Source: Octopus sinensis
Lineage: Eukaryota
Direction of reading: 5' to 3'
NCBI RefSeq assembly: GCF_006345805.1
Contig: NC_042999.1
Span: 158,596,001 to 158,660,000 of the forward strand
Length of the DNA stretch: 64,000 nucleotides
Of this stretch, positions 28,453-40,199 are shown piece by piece (position 1 is the first letter of the stretch; every line of letters begins with the position of its first letter). The notes beneath the pieces were generated by a model, which was not told the origin of the DNA, searched no databases, and saw nothing but the letters and a program-made list of their open reading frames with translations. The position numbers were made by a program, and so were the translations under genes.

Positions 28453-28480
28453 ATCGTATTATTATTACTATTATTACTAC

Positions 28481-28538
<58 letters not shown>

Positions 28539-28657
28539 GCTATTATTACTATTATTGATATTATTATTATTATTATTATTACTATTATTACTATTATTAT
28601 TATTATTATTAATTATTATTATATTGCTATTATTACTATTATTATTACTATTATTGA

Positions 28658-28711
<54 letters not shown>

Positions 28712-28738
28712 TATTACTATTATTATTACTATTATTGA

Positions 28739-28769
<31 letters not shown>

Positions 28770-28792
28770 GCTATTATTACTATTATTATTAC

Positions 28793-28837
<45 letters not shown>

Positions 28838-28922
28838 TATTACTATTATTATTACTATTATTGATATTATTATTATTTTTTATTATTATTGCTATTATTA
28901 TTGCTATTATTACTATTATTAC

Positions 28923-28962
<40 letters not shown>

Positions 28963-29018
28963 GCTATTATTATTATTATTATTATTGCTATTATTACTAT
29001 TATTATTACTATTATTGA

Positions 29019-29061
<43 letters not shown>

Positions 29062-29093
29062 GCTATTATTATTGCTATTATTACTATTATTAC

Positions 29094-29138
<45 letters not shown>

Positions 29139-29156
29139 TATTATTACTATTATTGA

Positions 29157-29187
<31 letters not shown>

Positions 29188-29294
29188 GCTATTATTATTA
29201 TTGCTATTATTATTGCTATTATTACTATTATTACTATTATTATTATTATTATTATTATTATTGCTATTATTACTATTATTATTACTATTATTGA

Positions 29295-29331
<37 letters not shown>

Positions 29332-29408
29332 GCTATTATTATTGCTATTATTACTATTATTACTATTATTATTATTATTATTACTATTATTATTATTACT
29401 ATTATTAC

Positions 29409-29442
<34 letters not shown>

Positions 29443-29462
29443 GCTATTATTACTATTAATGA

Positions 29463-29526
<64 letters not shown>

Positions 29527-29663
29527 GCTATTATTACTATTATTATTACTATTATTGATATTATTATTATTACTATTATTATTATTATTATTATTGCTAT
29601 TATTATTGCTATTATTACTATTATTACTATTATTATTATTATTATTATTATTACTATTATTAC

Positions 29664-29697
<34 letters not shown>

Positions 29698-29796
29698 GCT
29701 CTTATTACTATTATTATTACTATTATTGATATTATTATTATTATTATTGATATTATTATTATTATTAATATTATTATTATTATTATTATTAGTCAC

Positions 29797-30085
29797 GGCA
29801 CATAACCTAGTGGTTAGGCCATTGTACTCACGATCGCGAGTTAATGGTTTCAATTCCTTGTGTTGTGTTCTTGAGCAAAACACTTCACCTCGCGTCACTC
29901 TACTAACACGTCGACACCTGACGCATGGTAAACACTGCACCTGTTCAGGCAACGTTAATTTGACAGATGGAGTGAGCTAATGTGCAGCACGAGCATTTGA
30001 TTACTATTAGCCAATCTGTTGTGCAGGTCGTTCGGAAAAAACCGAACACTCACACGTCGTCTTCGACGGGAGAATTCATCATTAG
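29797..30085 (+). mobile_element. tRNA-derived SINE family 4 (V-domain-like core)
   Basis: A box cctagtggttagg, B box ggtttcaattcc, then gttgtgttcttgagcaaaacacttcacc. Confidence 0.65.
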
Positions 30086-30122
30086 TAGTAATCGTTTTCT
30101 TTTCCTTTGCTCACCTTCTGGA

Positions 30123-30310
30123 GATATATTATTATATAAAACCCGTTCTGTCTGTCTGTGTGTGTGTCTTCTAGGATCTCGGGCATCCTCCATCCGATTG
30201 CGCTCAAATTTGATATGTAGATACCAACGGTATCAGGGCGTGTAGAAGTCTTGAAAAAAATTACAAAAATCGATTCCAGGTGAGAATGCGATCGATAAAG
30301 CCGTGGGAAG
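30123..30310 (+). mobile_element. Non-autonomous Helitron-like 5' fragment
   Basis: atatattattatataaaa...ctgtctgtctgtgtg...gatctcg...caaatttgatatg, a typical Helitron-N 5' layout. Confidence 0.5.
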
Positions 30311-31659
30311 GTGCATTTGTAGGCGCAAGTACATCAGTCGAAATCCGTCTTTTGCTGGTGTCTCAAATTTAGGTTAAATCAGTGTTTCTCACAGAGGAGG
30401 CCTATGGGACGGTGGACAAGTTGTTTTGAGAAAATTTGGTTTAAATGTTTGACAACTCAGCACCGTCCATTCGTATTGCTCGTATTATTATATTTTCGTC
30501 TCTGCTCATCTTCTGGAGATGTCTTATGGTGTCAGCTGTTCATTAAGGTTACATCTCTTATTTTCCAAGCAGCTACTGCAGAAAAATTCATACATTGTTT
30601 TCAAAAAATGTGGCACTCTAAATGGTTTCAATTCGCCATAGAAGCCCAAGCGAGGAGCCAATTTATTAGCATATCTAAGTGTGAGGTTTTCATCTTCACT
30701 CAGACGTATATGGATAGGCGTGTGACAAAGGTGAAGATAGGGAAATTATCGCCAGATATAATCATCTGGTGGCTAATGGCAGACAAAAGAAGTATTATAG
30801 AAATACTTGAAATCTAAAAAGACCACGTTTTTGTATAGAGAGAAGAGGAGAGTTAGTTAAAAGATTATGATATTGATCTACTGGACTATCAGATTCTGAA
30901 ATGTCAGAATCCCGCATGTCTAGAGTGAAATTTCTATAAATATCGCAATTACTCTACGCCTTATGATGTTGACTACGAAAGTAATACTTAGTCGGTAGAC
31001 ATATTTCTGTTCAGTTTATTTCCCTGCAGAATAAATTTCCTGCTGAATCAAGTAATCCAGAAAAGTAATCTACATGAAAATACTGGTATAGTAGAACATG
31101 CTAAAATATTGACTGAATAGTAATATGTTCTTGCGGTACATATTTTTAGAGCAGAAACTTTTATAATTTTTATAATTATTTGCTACTTTGTTGCAATCCT
31201 CTAAATTCTTCAAAACCACAGAAATTAATTCGAAGCATCTGACAACAAAATATTAATTGAACTTGTTATAGAACTGGTCATTAGAAATAAATTAACCAAT
31301 TGTTTTCACATGCAATAAAGTATAACAAATCGATTTATTTCTCACCAATTACGTGTGTAAAACATCCCCAAGTAAAATGCATGAGAAGCGTGAAGACGTA
31401 GGGTTATCGCACCTCGAGATATATTTTAATAAAGTGATTTATCAGTAATCCTGCTTACAAAAGAAGTGATATTGACAGATGTCATTTTTTTGTGAACAAC
31501 ACATTGAAATATTTTAGATTGAAGACATCGATCAAAATAGTGGTTTCATTATTGTCTAAAACCCCAAAGCTATTTATAGGAAAGAAAATCAATTATCTCT
31601 TAAATGAATGCAAAAACGAAATCATAATAATAATTTATTTCTTGACCTAAATAGGGTTT

Positions 31660-32400
31660 TCGAACACATAAGGTTATTCCGATGAAACAAAGTGTTTTTC
31701 TTTTCTGTCAGCACTTTTACATTCTCTCTTCATTTATCCATCTCTATTCACTAGTCTGGGTTTCTTCTTTTTCAAATTCTCATGCATACAATCAATTTCC
31801 TGGCAATACGATGTTGCTGTTACCATTTCTCCTTGTTGCAAAAATGAATAATGAATAACTCCCTTCGTAGACCACCATACAGTGATCACTTACTTTTTAG
31901 GGTGCAATAGTAGATTTGGGTAGTGTTTAGGTGACTCTCCTGCATCTAATCACTGTCCTGTTCTCCTGTTGTTGTCAAAGAGTATTCTTTTCTCATCACA
32001 AGTAATAATTTGATGCAAAAATGGTATTTTTCCAGTTGAGAAAGCAATAAGGATCACACTTCGAGGCGTCTGGTTTTATTTAATGTAGTTCAGTTGATGT
32101 GGAACAAACCTATCCGTTTTCTTGACTTTTACAGGTGTCCAAAAACTGTTGAGCAAGAATTTTGAAGTTATGAAAGTTTTCGAACCTTTGTTCTCGGATT
32201 TTGTTCAACCAAAACCTTTAATCCATCATACTGAATAAATGATTTTGGCCTACCCCTTGGATTATTTTCAAGGCTATCATCTCTGAACAGATGTGATGTA
32301 AAAAAAACCCATTACCATAGGTTCGCTTGATATTCCGTAGAGCTTGTTTGTACTCATACAAGAAAATCATTTTCATAATGTTTGTAGGTACGAACTTTGT
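31660..32400 (-). mobile_element. Decayed mariner transposase fragment
   Basis: FVPHQLN, FLHQIITCDEKRILFDN, HPKK, TVWWSTKGVIHYSFLQQGE. Confidence 0.85.
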
Positions 32401-32627
32401 ATATTAATATTGTTGGGAAAGAAAACAGCCAATATTATATCCAAGGCATGCCTAATTAAGTTTTGAAATGACTAAAATAACAAGTAATTAAAAATTATGT
32501 GAAGCAAATATATATAGCATTACCTTCAATTGTATAATTATATACCGCCTTTTAAAACCAGCACATGTTTCAATTGCATCGATTAGTAATCGTCGCAATT
32601 GCAGCCCTACCATAAAATGGCGCAGTC

Positions 32628-32800
32628 TCTTCAGGGTCTTATGGTCGAAGAGATCGACACCAGGACTTATTATTTGTAAGCGTAGTACTTATTTCATCGG
32701 TCACTTTTGTCGAACTGCTAAGTAATGGAGATGTGAACACAGGAACATCGGTTGTCAAGTGATAGTAAGGGAACAAACATAGACACAGAGACACACACAC
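32628..32800 (-). mobile_element. SINE family 1, 3' half
   Basis: gatcgacaccaggacttatt...ttttgtcgaactgctaag...catcggttgtcaag. Confidence 0.75.
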
Positions 32801-32844
32801 ATAAATATTTAAATACATACATATATGCATGTATACATATATGC

Positions 32845-32925
<81 letters not shown>

Positions 32926-33172
32926 TATATATATATTGGAAGGTTTGGAGATGCGTACAGGTGGTATTAATATTAGAAGAAATGAAGTAGAATCAGAAGA
33001 TCGGATGGTTCATATTTATAGATATTTATTTATATATTACATTTTTTACATATATATATCATATCATTCAGATTATTAGCGCTTTCTCCCATTCCAGTGG
33101 GGGTTTCAAATCAAATCAATGTATATGTATATATATATATATTATATATATATATAACCATATATACATATA

Positions 33173-33335
33173 GGCGCAGGAGTGGCTGCGTGGTAAGTAG
33201 CTTGCTTACCAACCACATGGTTCCGGGTTCATTCCCACTGTTTGGCACTTTGGGCAAGTGTCTTCTACTATAGCCTCGGACTGACCAAAACCTTGTGAGT
33301 GGATTTGGTCGACAGAAACTGAAAGAATCCTGTCG
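33173..33335 (+). mobile_element. SINE family 1, 5' half ending in a compound microsatellite
   Basis: GGCGCAGGAGTGGCTGCGTGGTAAG...gaaactgaaagaatcctgtcg. Confidence 0.88.
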
Positions 33336-33408
33336 TATATATGTGTATATGTATATATATAAATATATATATATGTGTGTGTGTGTTGTGTGTGTGTGTG
33401 TGCGTGTA

Positions 33409-33460
<52 letters not shown>

Positions 33461-33990
33461 ATACATGCATATATATATATATATATAATCAAAATCAAGG
33501 CCGAACGAGTCTCTCAACCGAATGGTAGGTTAGCACGTCTGTGCACTGAATATACGAGATATGAATATTTTAGACGAAGAAAAATTTTAAAGTTTAAAGA
33601 AATAAATTTTACAGTTTATAAGGAACAAAATAGAAGAATAAAGATTAAAAGTGGTTAGAAGAATATAAGCAGGAGAATAATGTTCACGTCTCATGTTTTT
33701 CCAGAGGAAGTGGATGAATGGTCGGTACTTCCGTGATGGTAAAGGTCAGGTCTTTTAGACAAAATCCCATGTAAATCCAGGTAGTATTTTGTCAGTATTC
33801 TGAATGATATTTTCATAATTTAAATGCGTATATAGAGCGAGAAAGTATGATGGACATAAATGGTTTTGTGAGTGGGTATATGAGAGAGAGAGAGAAGAAA
33901 GAGAGAAAGGAAGATAGGAGAATAAAAGATAGTTATAGGATAATGGTAAAATAGTAACAATAAGAGTAAAATATAACTATAAATAAAAAA

Positions 33991-34376
33991 AAGAAGCACT
34001 CCGTCGGTTACGACGATGAGAGTTCCGGTTGATCCGAATCAACGAAACAGCCTGCTCGTGAAATTAACGTGTAAGTGGCTGAGCACTCCACAGACACGTG
34101 CACCCTTAACGTAGTTCTCGGGGATATTCAGCGTGACACAGAGAGTGACAAGGCCGGCCCTTTGAAATACAGGTACAACAGAAACAGGAAGTAAGAGTGA
34201 GAGAAAGTTGTGGTGAAAGAGTACAGCAGGAATCACCACCATCCCCTGCCGGAGCCTCGTGGAGCTTTTAGGTGTTTTCGCTCAATAAACACTCACAATG
34301 CCCGGTCTGGGAATCGAAACCGCGATCCTATGACCGCGAGTCCGCTGCCCTAACCACTGGGCCATTGCGCCTCCAC
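33991..34376 (-). mobile_element. SINE family 3 head and body with an alternative 3' tail (subfamily 3b)
   Basis: Head GTGGAGGCGCAATGGCCCAGTGGTTAGG...GGTTTCGATTCC; diverges from 37333-37633 after ctcactctt.cttcctgtt. Confidence 0.9.
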
Positions 34377-34859
34377 TATAACCATAAATATGAATATGAA
34401 TAAAAATATAATTAACATTAATAATTAAAAAATAAGAAAAGAAAAGGTAATGATAGATATATCACAAATGGATTTTGTGAGTGAGTGTGTATGGGAGAGA
34501 GTACAGAGTCGACGGGGAATAAAAATGAAATGAGATGGAGGTAACAGGGTAAAACATAAGAATTAGTATAAAAATAAGTATATAAAAGTGAAGGTAATGA
34601 TATATCTATGTCAGTAGCGTATGGGGGGATAAAGGTCAAACGCTAAAGTTTCAGCTGTGTTGGGGTGAAAGGTTATAAGAACAATAAGTTTAGTGCTGAT
34701 ATTTAAAATTGTAAGAGAGAATGCAATACTATTTATGGAGAAATTTGAATTAAGGGTGTTATTATGGTATTAGCAAATATTATAATTATTGTCGTTGTTA
34801 TTATTAGACTGTTGGAAAAGAAAAGAATCCTAACATCGGGCTACAACAAGTAGCCTTAG

Positions 34860-36125
34860 ATATTAAGGACCCTTTTACTGGGTTACAGCAAATAACCTAA
34901 GATGCCAAGAGCCCTCCTACGTATCATAGCCTTCCCTAATAACACTGTACTAAAACCCACTGTGCTAAAGTGTTTTTTTTTACCTATTTACTCTATTCAT
35001 CTGTTCAAAACTTTACGGATAGTTCCCAAAGCACCAGTAACTTTGGGATAAATGTTACCCGCACTTTCCATAGTCTCTGTAATTCAATAGCTAGGTCCTA
35101 GTACTTTGCTTTTTTCTATACTTATCATGTTAATTTTTTTTATCATTTGGGACTATCGAGTCAATTATCTGCCATTTTCTATTCTCTTTATCTATTACAA
35201 CCAAATCAGGCTTTCTAGCTTCTTTTACTCTGTCAGTCTGAAAGTTTAAGTCCCACGACATCTTGTATTTCTTACTTTCTAGGACTATACTAGGTTCATG
35301 TTCATACCATTTACCATTATGTTCAAGTCCTCGATTTCTACATAGCTCCCAGTGGATTACTCCTACAAGATTGTCATGTATTTTCTTATTTTCTTGTATT
35401 CTTTATGTGCCAGCGTGCTACATTCGCTTACTATATGAGTAATACTTTTCTCTTTTGATTTGCATAATCTACATTGTGAATCTGCTTACTTTTTGTCTAT
35501 CTTGTTTTTTATCCAATTAGTTCTTAATGCTACATCTTGTGCAGCTATTAACAAACTCACTGTCTCCCTCTTCAGCTTTCCTTTCTACAACCATAATTAT
35601 GTCTCACTACTATTTTTGCTGCAACTATCTTTGGGAGTCTACCATGCAATGTCTTCTGCCGGTCAGATAATTTTCTTCTTTTTTCTGGCTTTTAACTTCG
35701 CTTGGCTTTTGTTTTCCCTATGTCTTGCAGTGACTCTAGAAGATTTTAATAAATTCTCTTCACTGTCACCTGCATAGAAGTCTATCTCTATTCTAGCTAA
35801 CTCCATGCAGTCTTCTATTGAAATTAACCCCCTTTCGCTTCCACTCTAGGTAGGTATAATCTTGCTACTCCCGCCCTAGGGTGGAGTCCTCCTAGTTTTG
35901 TGTAGCTTTGCTAATCCAGTTTTTGTCCATTCTACAGAAGCTGTTGAGTATCAATATAATGATTCTGCCAAAGTATTTACAGCCTTCACTAAACTCGGAC
36001 CATTTAGCTTTGACTTCATTAGCTTCCTTACCCTTCTGATGTACTCTTCGATTTTCGTTTTCTAGAGATCAATAAGTTAGTGTATCCTATATCTCTTTAT
36101 AGAACAGCCATGTTATATTGGCAGA
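34860..36125 (-). mobile_element. Decayed RLE (R4/Dong-like) LINE, 3' part
   Basis: KWYEHEPSIVLESKKYKMSWDLNFQTD, KPDLVV, IELQRLWKV, VTGALGT, VLLGKAMIRRRALG; GRGSSK/LISIEDC upstream. Confidence 0.8.
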
Positions 36126-36254
36126 AAAACGTTGCCGTCTAGTATTGTTACTATATCTCGTTTAGAGACTTTAGAACTAGCTCCTTTACTCGTTGTGTGT
36201 GTGTATTGAGAGAGAGACAGAACGAGAGATAGATAGATAGATGATAGACAGATA

Positions 36255-36287
<33 letters not shown>

Positions 36288-36291
<4 letters not shown>

Positions 36292-36555
36292 CAATGGAGT
36301 TGCGCATATAATAGTCCAGTCCGGCTTCTACATTTCATGTCCTGATACACTTCCTGCTGTGGCTGTGCAGTCCTATCCTTGACAAACACTCCCTCTGGCA
36401 AGTACCGCAAATGTAGCGAAGACTGTTCCTGGCTGGTTGTAATGTCAGTTTCTTGTTGACGTCTTTTCTTGTCTTTCCATTTCTCCTCTCTCTCTCTCTC
36501 TCTCTCTCTGTCACTCCTTTGTATTCCCTCTTTTACGGTACGTTGCCAATCTCCA
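36288..36555 (-). mobile_element. RTE LINE extreme 3' fragment
   Basis: Homologous to 6370-6520 (GDWQRTVKEGIQRS); ends gcgcaactccattgtctc followed by (TA)n. Confidence 0.85.
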
Positions 36556-36630
36556 TATATATATATATATATATATATAGATAGATAGATAGATAGATAG
36601 ATATAGATAGATAGATAGATAGATAGATAG

Positions 36631-36665
<35 letters not shown>

Positions 36666-36682
36666 CAGATAGATAGGTAGAC

Positions 36683-36734
<52 letters not shown>

Positions 36735-36735
36735 T

Positions 36736-36777
<42 letters not shown>

Positions 36778-36780
36778 GTT
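36556..36780. repeat. (TA)n(GATA)n microsatellite
   Basis: Visible. Confidence 0.95.
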
Positions 36781-37332
36781 ATAGCTCTAGACATCGATAT
36801 ATGTATTTGTATATGTATGTATTTTAGAAAGTGAGATACAGAGATTGTCGATTCAAATGTCTTTCCTGACAGACTCGTTTGTAGAAAGACGATCAGGACA
36901 TTAATATGTATTGCTGTTAAAGAAAGTGTATCGGTTTAATCCCACGAGTTGAAAACAATTTTTTATAGCTTCGGCGAATAACGTTCCATGTAAATGGTTT
37001 TCAATATTCAGCAAGTATGAGTGTTTAAACGAGTTTACAGATATTCCTAGATAAAAGTGTATTTGATGACATCTTTAAGGTTTTCTAGTCACGTTCAAAT
37101 AGTTAATAGAATTCTTAATGCGAGCATCCTGATTTTTTTACATACATAAATAATTATTATTTATTATTTTTTTGGTTGAATAGGAAGTAAAAATTGAGTC
37201 GGAAAATTGCTTTTAAATGATTTAGGATGGATTGCACTACCGTATTAATTTTATTATACTCTGGTAGCGATAAATTGTTTTGTTAGAATATCTATTACCA
37301 ATACTTAATTTTATCCTTTTATATCAAATCAT

Positions 37333-37633
37333 GTGGAGGCACAATGGCCCAGTGGTTAGGGCAGTGGACTCGCGGTTGTAAGATCGCGGTTTTGATTCCT
37401 AGTCCGGGCGTTGTGAGTATTTATTGAGCGAAAACCCCTAAAGCTCCACATGCTCCGGTAGGGAGTGGCGGCGAGCGCTGCTGTACACTTTCGCCACAAC
37501 TTTCACTCACTCATTCTTCTGTTGGCCTGCTCGCTTAGCCAGCGGGGTGGCGTCATTTGAAGGCTAAAACAATGCGAAGCGCATTGTGACCAGCGACGTG
37601 TAGCAACATCTGATAGCCTGGTCGGTCACGGTG
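37333..37633 (+). mobile_element. SINE family 3, full length with 12-bp TSD
   Basis: TSD ATATCAAATCAT at 37321-37332 and 37634-37645; A and B boxes in the head. Confidence 0.95.
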
Positions 37634-38351
37634 ATATCAAATCATACCATGTTAACTCATTATTGGTTATACTTTATTAGTCCTATCCATTCTTCTTGTA
37701 TTATTCTGTGCATGTTTCTGATTCCTTTCTGATTCACATAATTTTTTAAAAAATTATTCCCTTTTCTTCTCCGTCTCCCATTCACATGAATACTCACAAA
37801 CATGCATATATGTATGAGTGACTGTATGACTGCGTGTTTTTGAATGTATGTATGTGTTTGAGTGTGTGTGCAGGTATGTGGGAACCTGGGCATACGTATT
37901 TGTATCTGTGTGTGCTTGCATCCTATATCCATATATTTAGAAATAAATACAGGAAATGATAAAATATTCTTATGATCTCTTCGACCTTCTAGATATAACT
38001 AACAAATTACCCTCATATAACACCTTGATATCAAACCGTATAGATGCCTCAGAGACTATTACATTAACAACATTCAAATTTTCATTTTTAACATTAGCAC
38101 GAAGTCACGAGTACGATGGTTCTTCGCTGATCATGATGACAACAGTTCTTGATTACATAGTTTATAGGAATCTTTATTAACATAGACTTTAGAAAATTCT
38201 TCATCATTACATTTATATAGAGTAAATGACTAATAAATTTCGGCCCTAGTTTGTTTTCAGAATCTTAGAATTCGTCAGAAGTCGATTAATTGAATTTGTT
38301 TCTGATTTTTTTTCGGGGGTCAGTATATACTTTCCTGTATATAACTGGAAT

Positions 38352-38787
38352 GGGTTTTTTATGGGTTTGAACGGCAGTTTTTTTCTAGTGCTGTCATATG
38401 AAATTGTTACCCATAATTATGACCCTAGTATCGATCTACTGCATTTCAATCTGTTTTAGGGTTATGGTTAGTTAGGGTTAGGGTTACGGATGAGGGGAAG
38501 GGTATCTTTTTTTCTTCACAAATGTAAATAAACCCAATCTGTTTCTTAAACGAGGGACATATTCATACGGCACAGAATGTTTTTTACCTCAATGGACGTC
38601 AGTGATTGGTTGAAATAGCAGAAATTGAAGAAAAACAACAACAAATATCTTACAAACTATAGAATTTTCTCAATAAAGCCAAGAGAAAAAGATGTTTTAT
38701 AAACACATTCTACCAGTATACGAAGTTTAACATTTTTTAGTTACCTAGAAATTATGTTAAAAACTGCCGTTCAAACCGAAAAGATAC
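38352..38787. mobile_element. MITE with TIRs and an internal TTAGGG tract
   Basis: ggtttgaacggcagtttt (38364-38381) and aaaactgccgttcaaacc (38760-38777); gttagggttagggtta near 38472-38486. Confidence 0.85.
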
Positions 38788-39750
38788 CTGGAATGATATA
38801 TTTGTTATTTCGTTGAACATAATATATCCTAGCCTGGTAAACTTGAAAATCATACTTGTTAGAAAGAGAGTCAAGACGATCATCTTCATAAATAGCATTG
38901 AAAAATAAAACATATCTTAATATTAACAATTTATAGCAACGCTATAATTAAAATTTCTTCTAAATAGCAATGATAATTAATAGCGACGCTATAAATATAG
39001 AATACAGAAATATGACGAAATGTGACCTAGAAATGCAGTGAGAAAATACCTAAAAAGACAGATATACAGGGAGCGAGAGAGACGCACGCATACACAGATA
39101 CACTGCTTTGGTGAGCAGTGTTTATGTATTTTCGCCTGTATAGTTACTACATCATTTGTTACACAAATATGACTATACTTTCACACTTGTATTCCATCTC
39201 AGGTTTTATGAGGTGTTCCTAGGTTCCTTGTTGCCAGATCTCACCAACACAACTTTGCCATTTCTCCAAGAGGTTTTTGAAACGTGTGGCTTGCTCATAA
39301 TAGCATAGGTTAAACGGGGCTATGTCAAATCTATATAAATTCTGGATGATCTGTTAGTTTATACCGTATCTTTCAAACTACTATTTTTGCCAATTATTGG
39401 ACGTTTACAGAGCATTTAGACGAAAACAGTTCTGATTATTATTTGGCGCGTCTTGTTTCAGGTTAGTTCTAATACCAAAGGCTGGAGGAGCGAAATTTTG
39501 AGGGAAGGGTGAAGGAAAGGACGGTGAATTTAATGTTATCCTTGTTGAAAATATGGCAGTATATTCATTCCTGCCGTAAGTTTTTTCTAACTAATTTGAA
39601 GAACTATTCGCTACCAGATTGACTAATACGTGATAAAGTGATCAGAGAATGTTTTTATGACTATTTCAGTTTCTAAATCTGTTCTTGATTTTTCAAAGTT
39701 CTTTTGTTAGGTAATCTCCCCTGTTAATTATCAATTTATTATATATGAAA

Positions 39751-40049
39751 CTAGCAGTATCGCCCGACGTTGCTCGGGTTTGTAAGGGAAATAACTACAT
39801 AAGCATATATAGAGAGTTACTTCCCTTATATAAACCGAGCGAAAATGCATTAAAAATGCGGAAAAATTATGGTAATTTTTTTTTAAATCGTAGATTCATC
39901 ATAGACGTGCACTAATACCCAGAAGGGCTCGATATGACTCACGACTATAAGATACCTGCTTTTGGTTAAACTGCACCGCAAAATGTGGGAGTAGTTAGGA
40001 ATCTAAATCGTAGGAGACAGACACACAACTTCACTTTTATATATAAAGA
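39751..40049 (-). mobile_element. Complete non-autonomous Helitron
   Basis: On the minus strand: A|TCTTTATATATAAAAG ... hairpin CCCGAGCAACGTCGGG, CTAG|T; canonical TC/CTAG termini and A^T target. Confidence 0.9.
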
Positions 40050-40199
40050 TATAAAAAGAAACAACTGAACCAATGCTTCATGAAGCTAGACATATATGCA
40101 ACCTTTTATATTTAAATTTCATAATTTATTTACGAAATAAACAAATACGAATAAACAACGCAAAGTATATTGGCGAGAAGTTGCAAAACTATGGCAGAA

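Noticed and set aside
28537-29980. Long ORFs of 359-422 aa (poly-L, poly-I, poly-N/S, prion-like)
   Set aside because: Automatic result of an in-phase ATT array; the non-repetitive ends come from a SINE; no promoter, splice or homology support
39190-39310. Possible exon after tgtattccatctcag
   Set aside because: The only open frame is short, ends in a stop and is unrecognised
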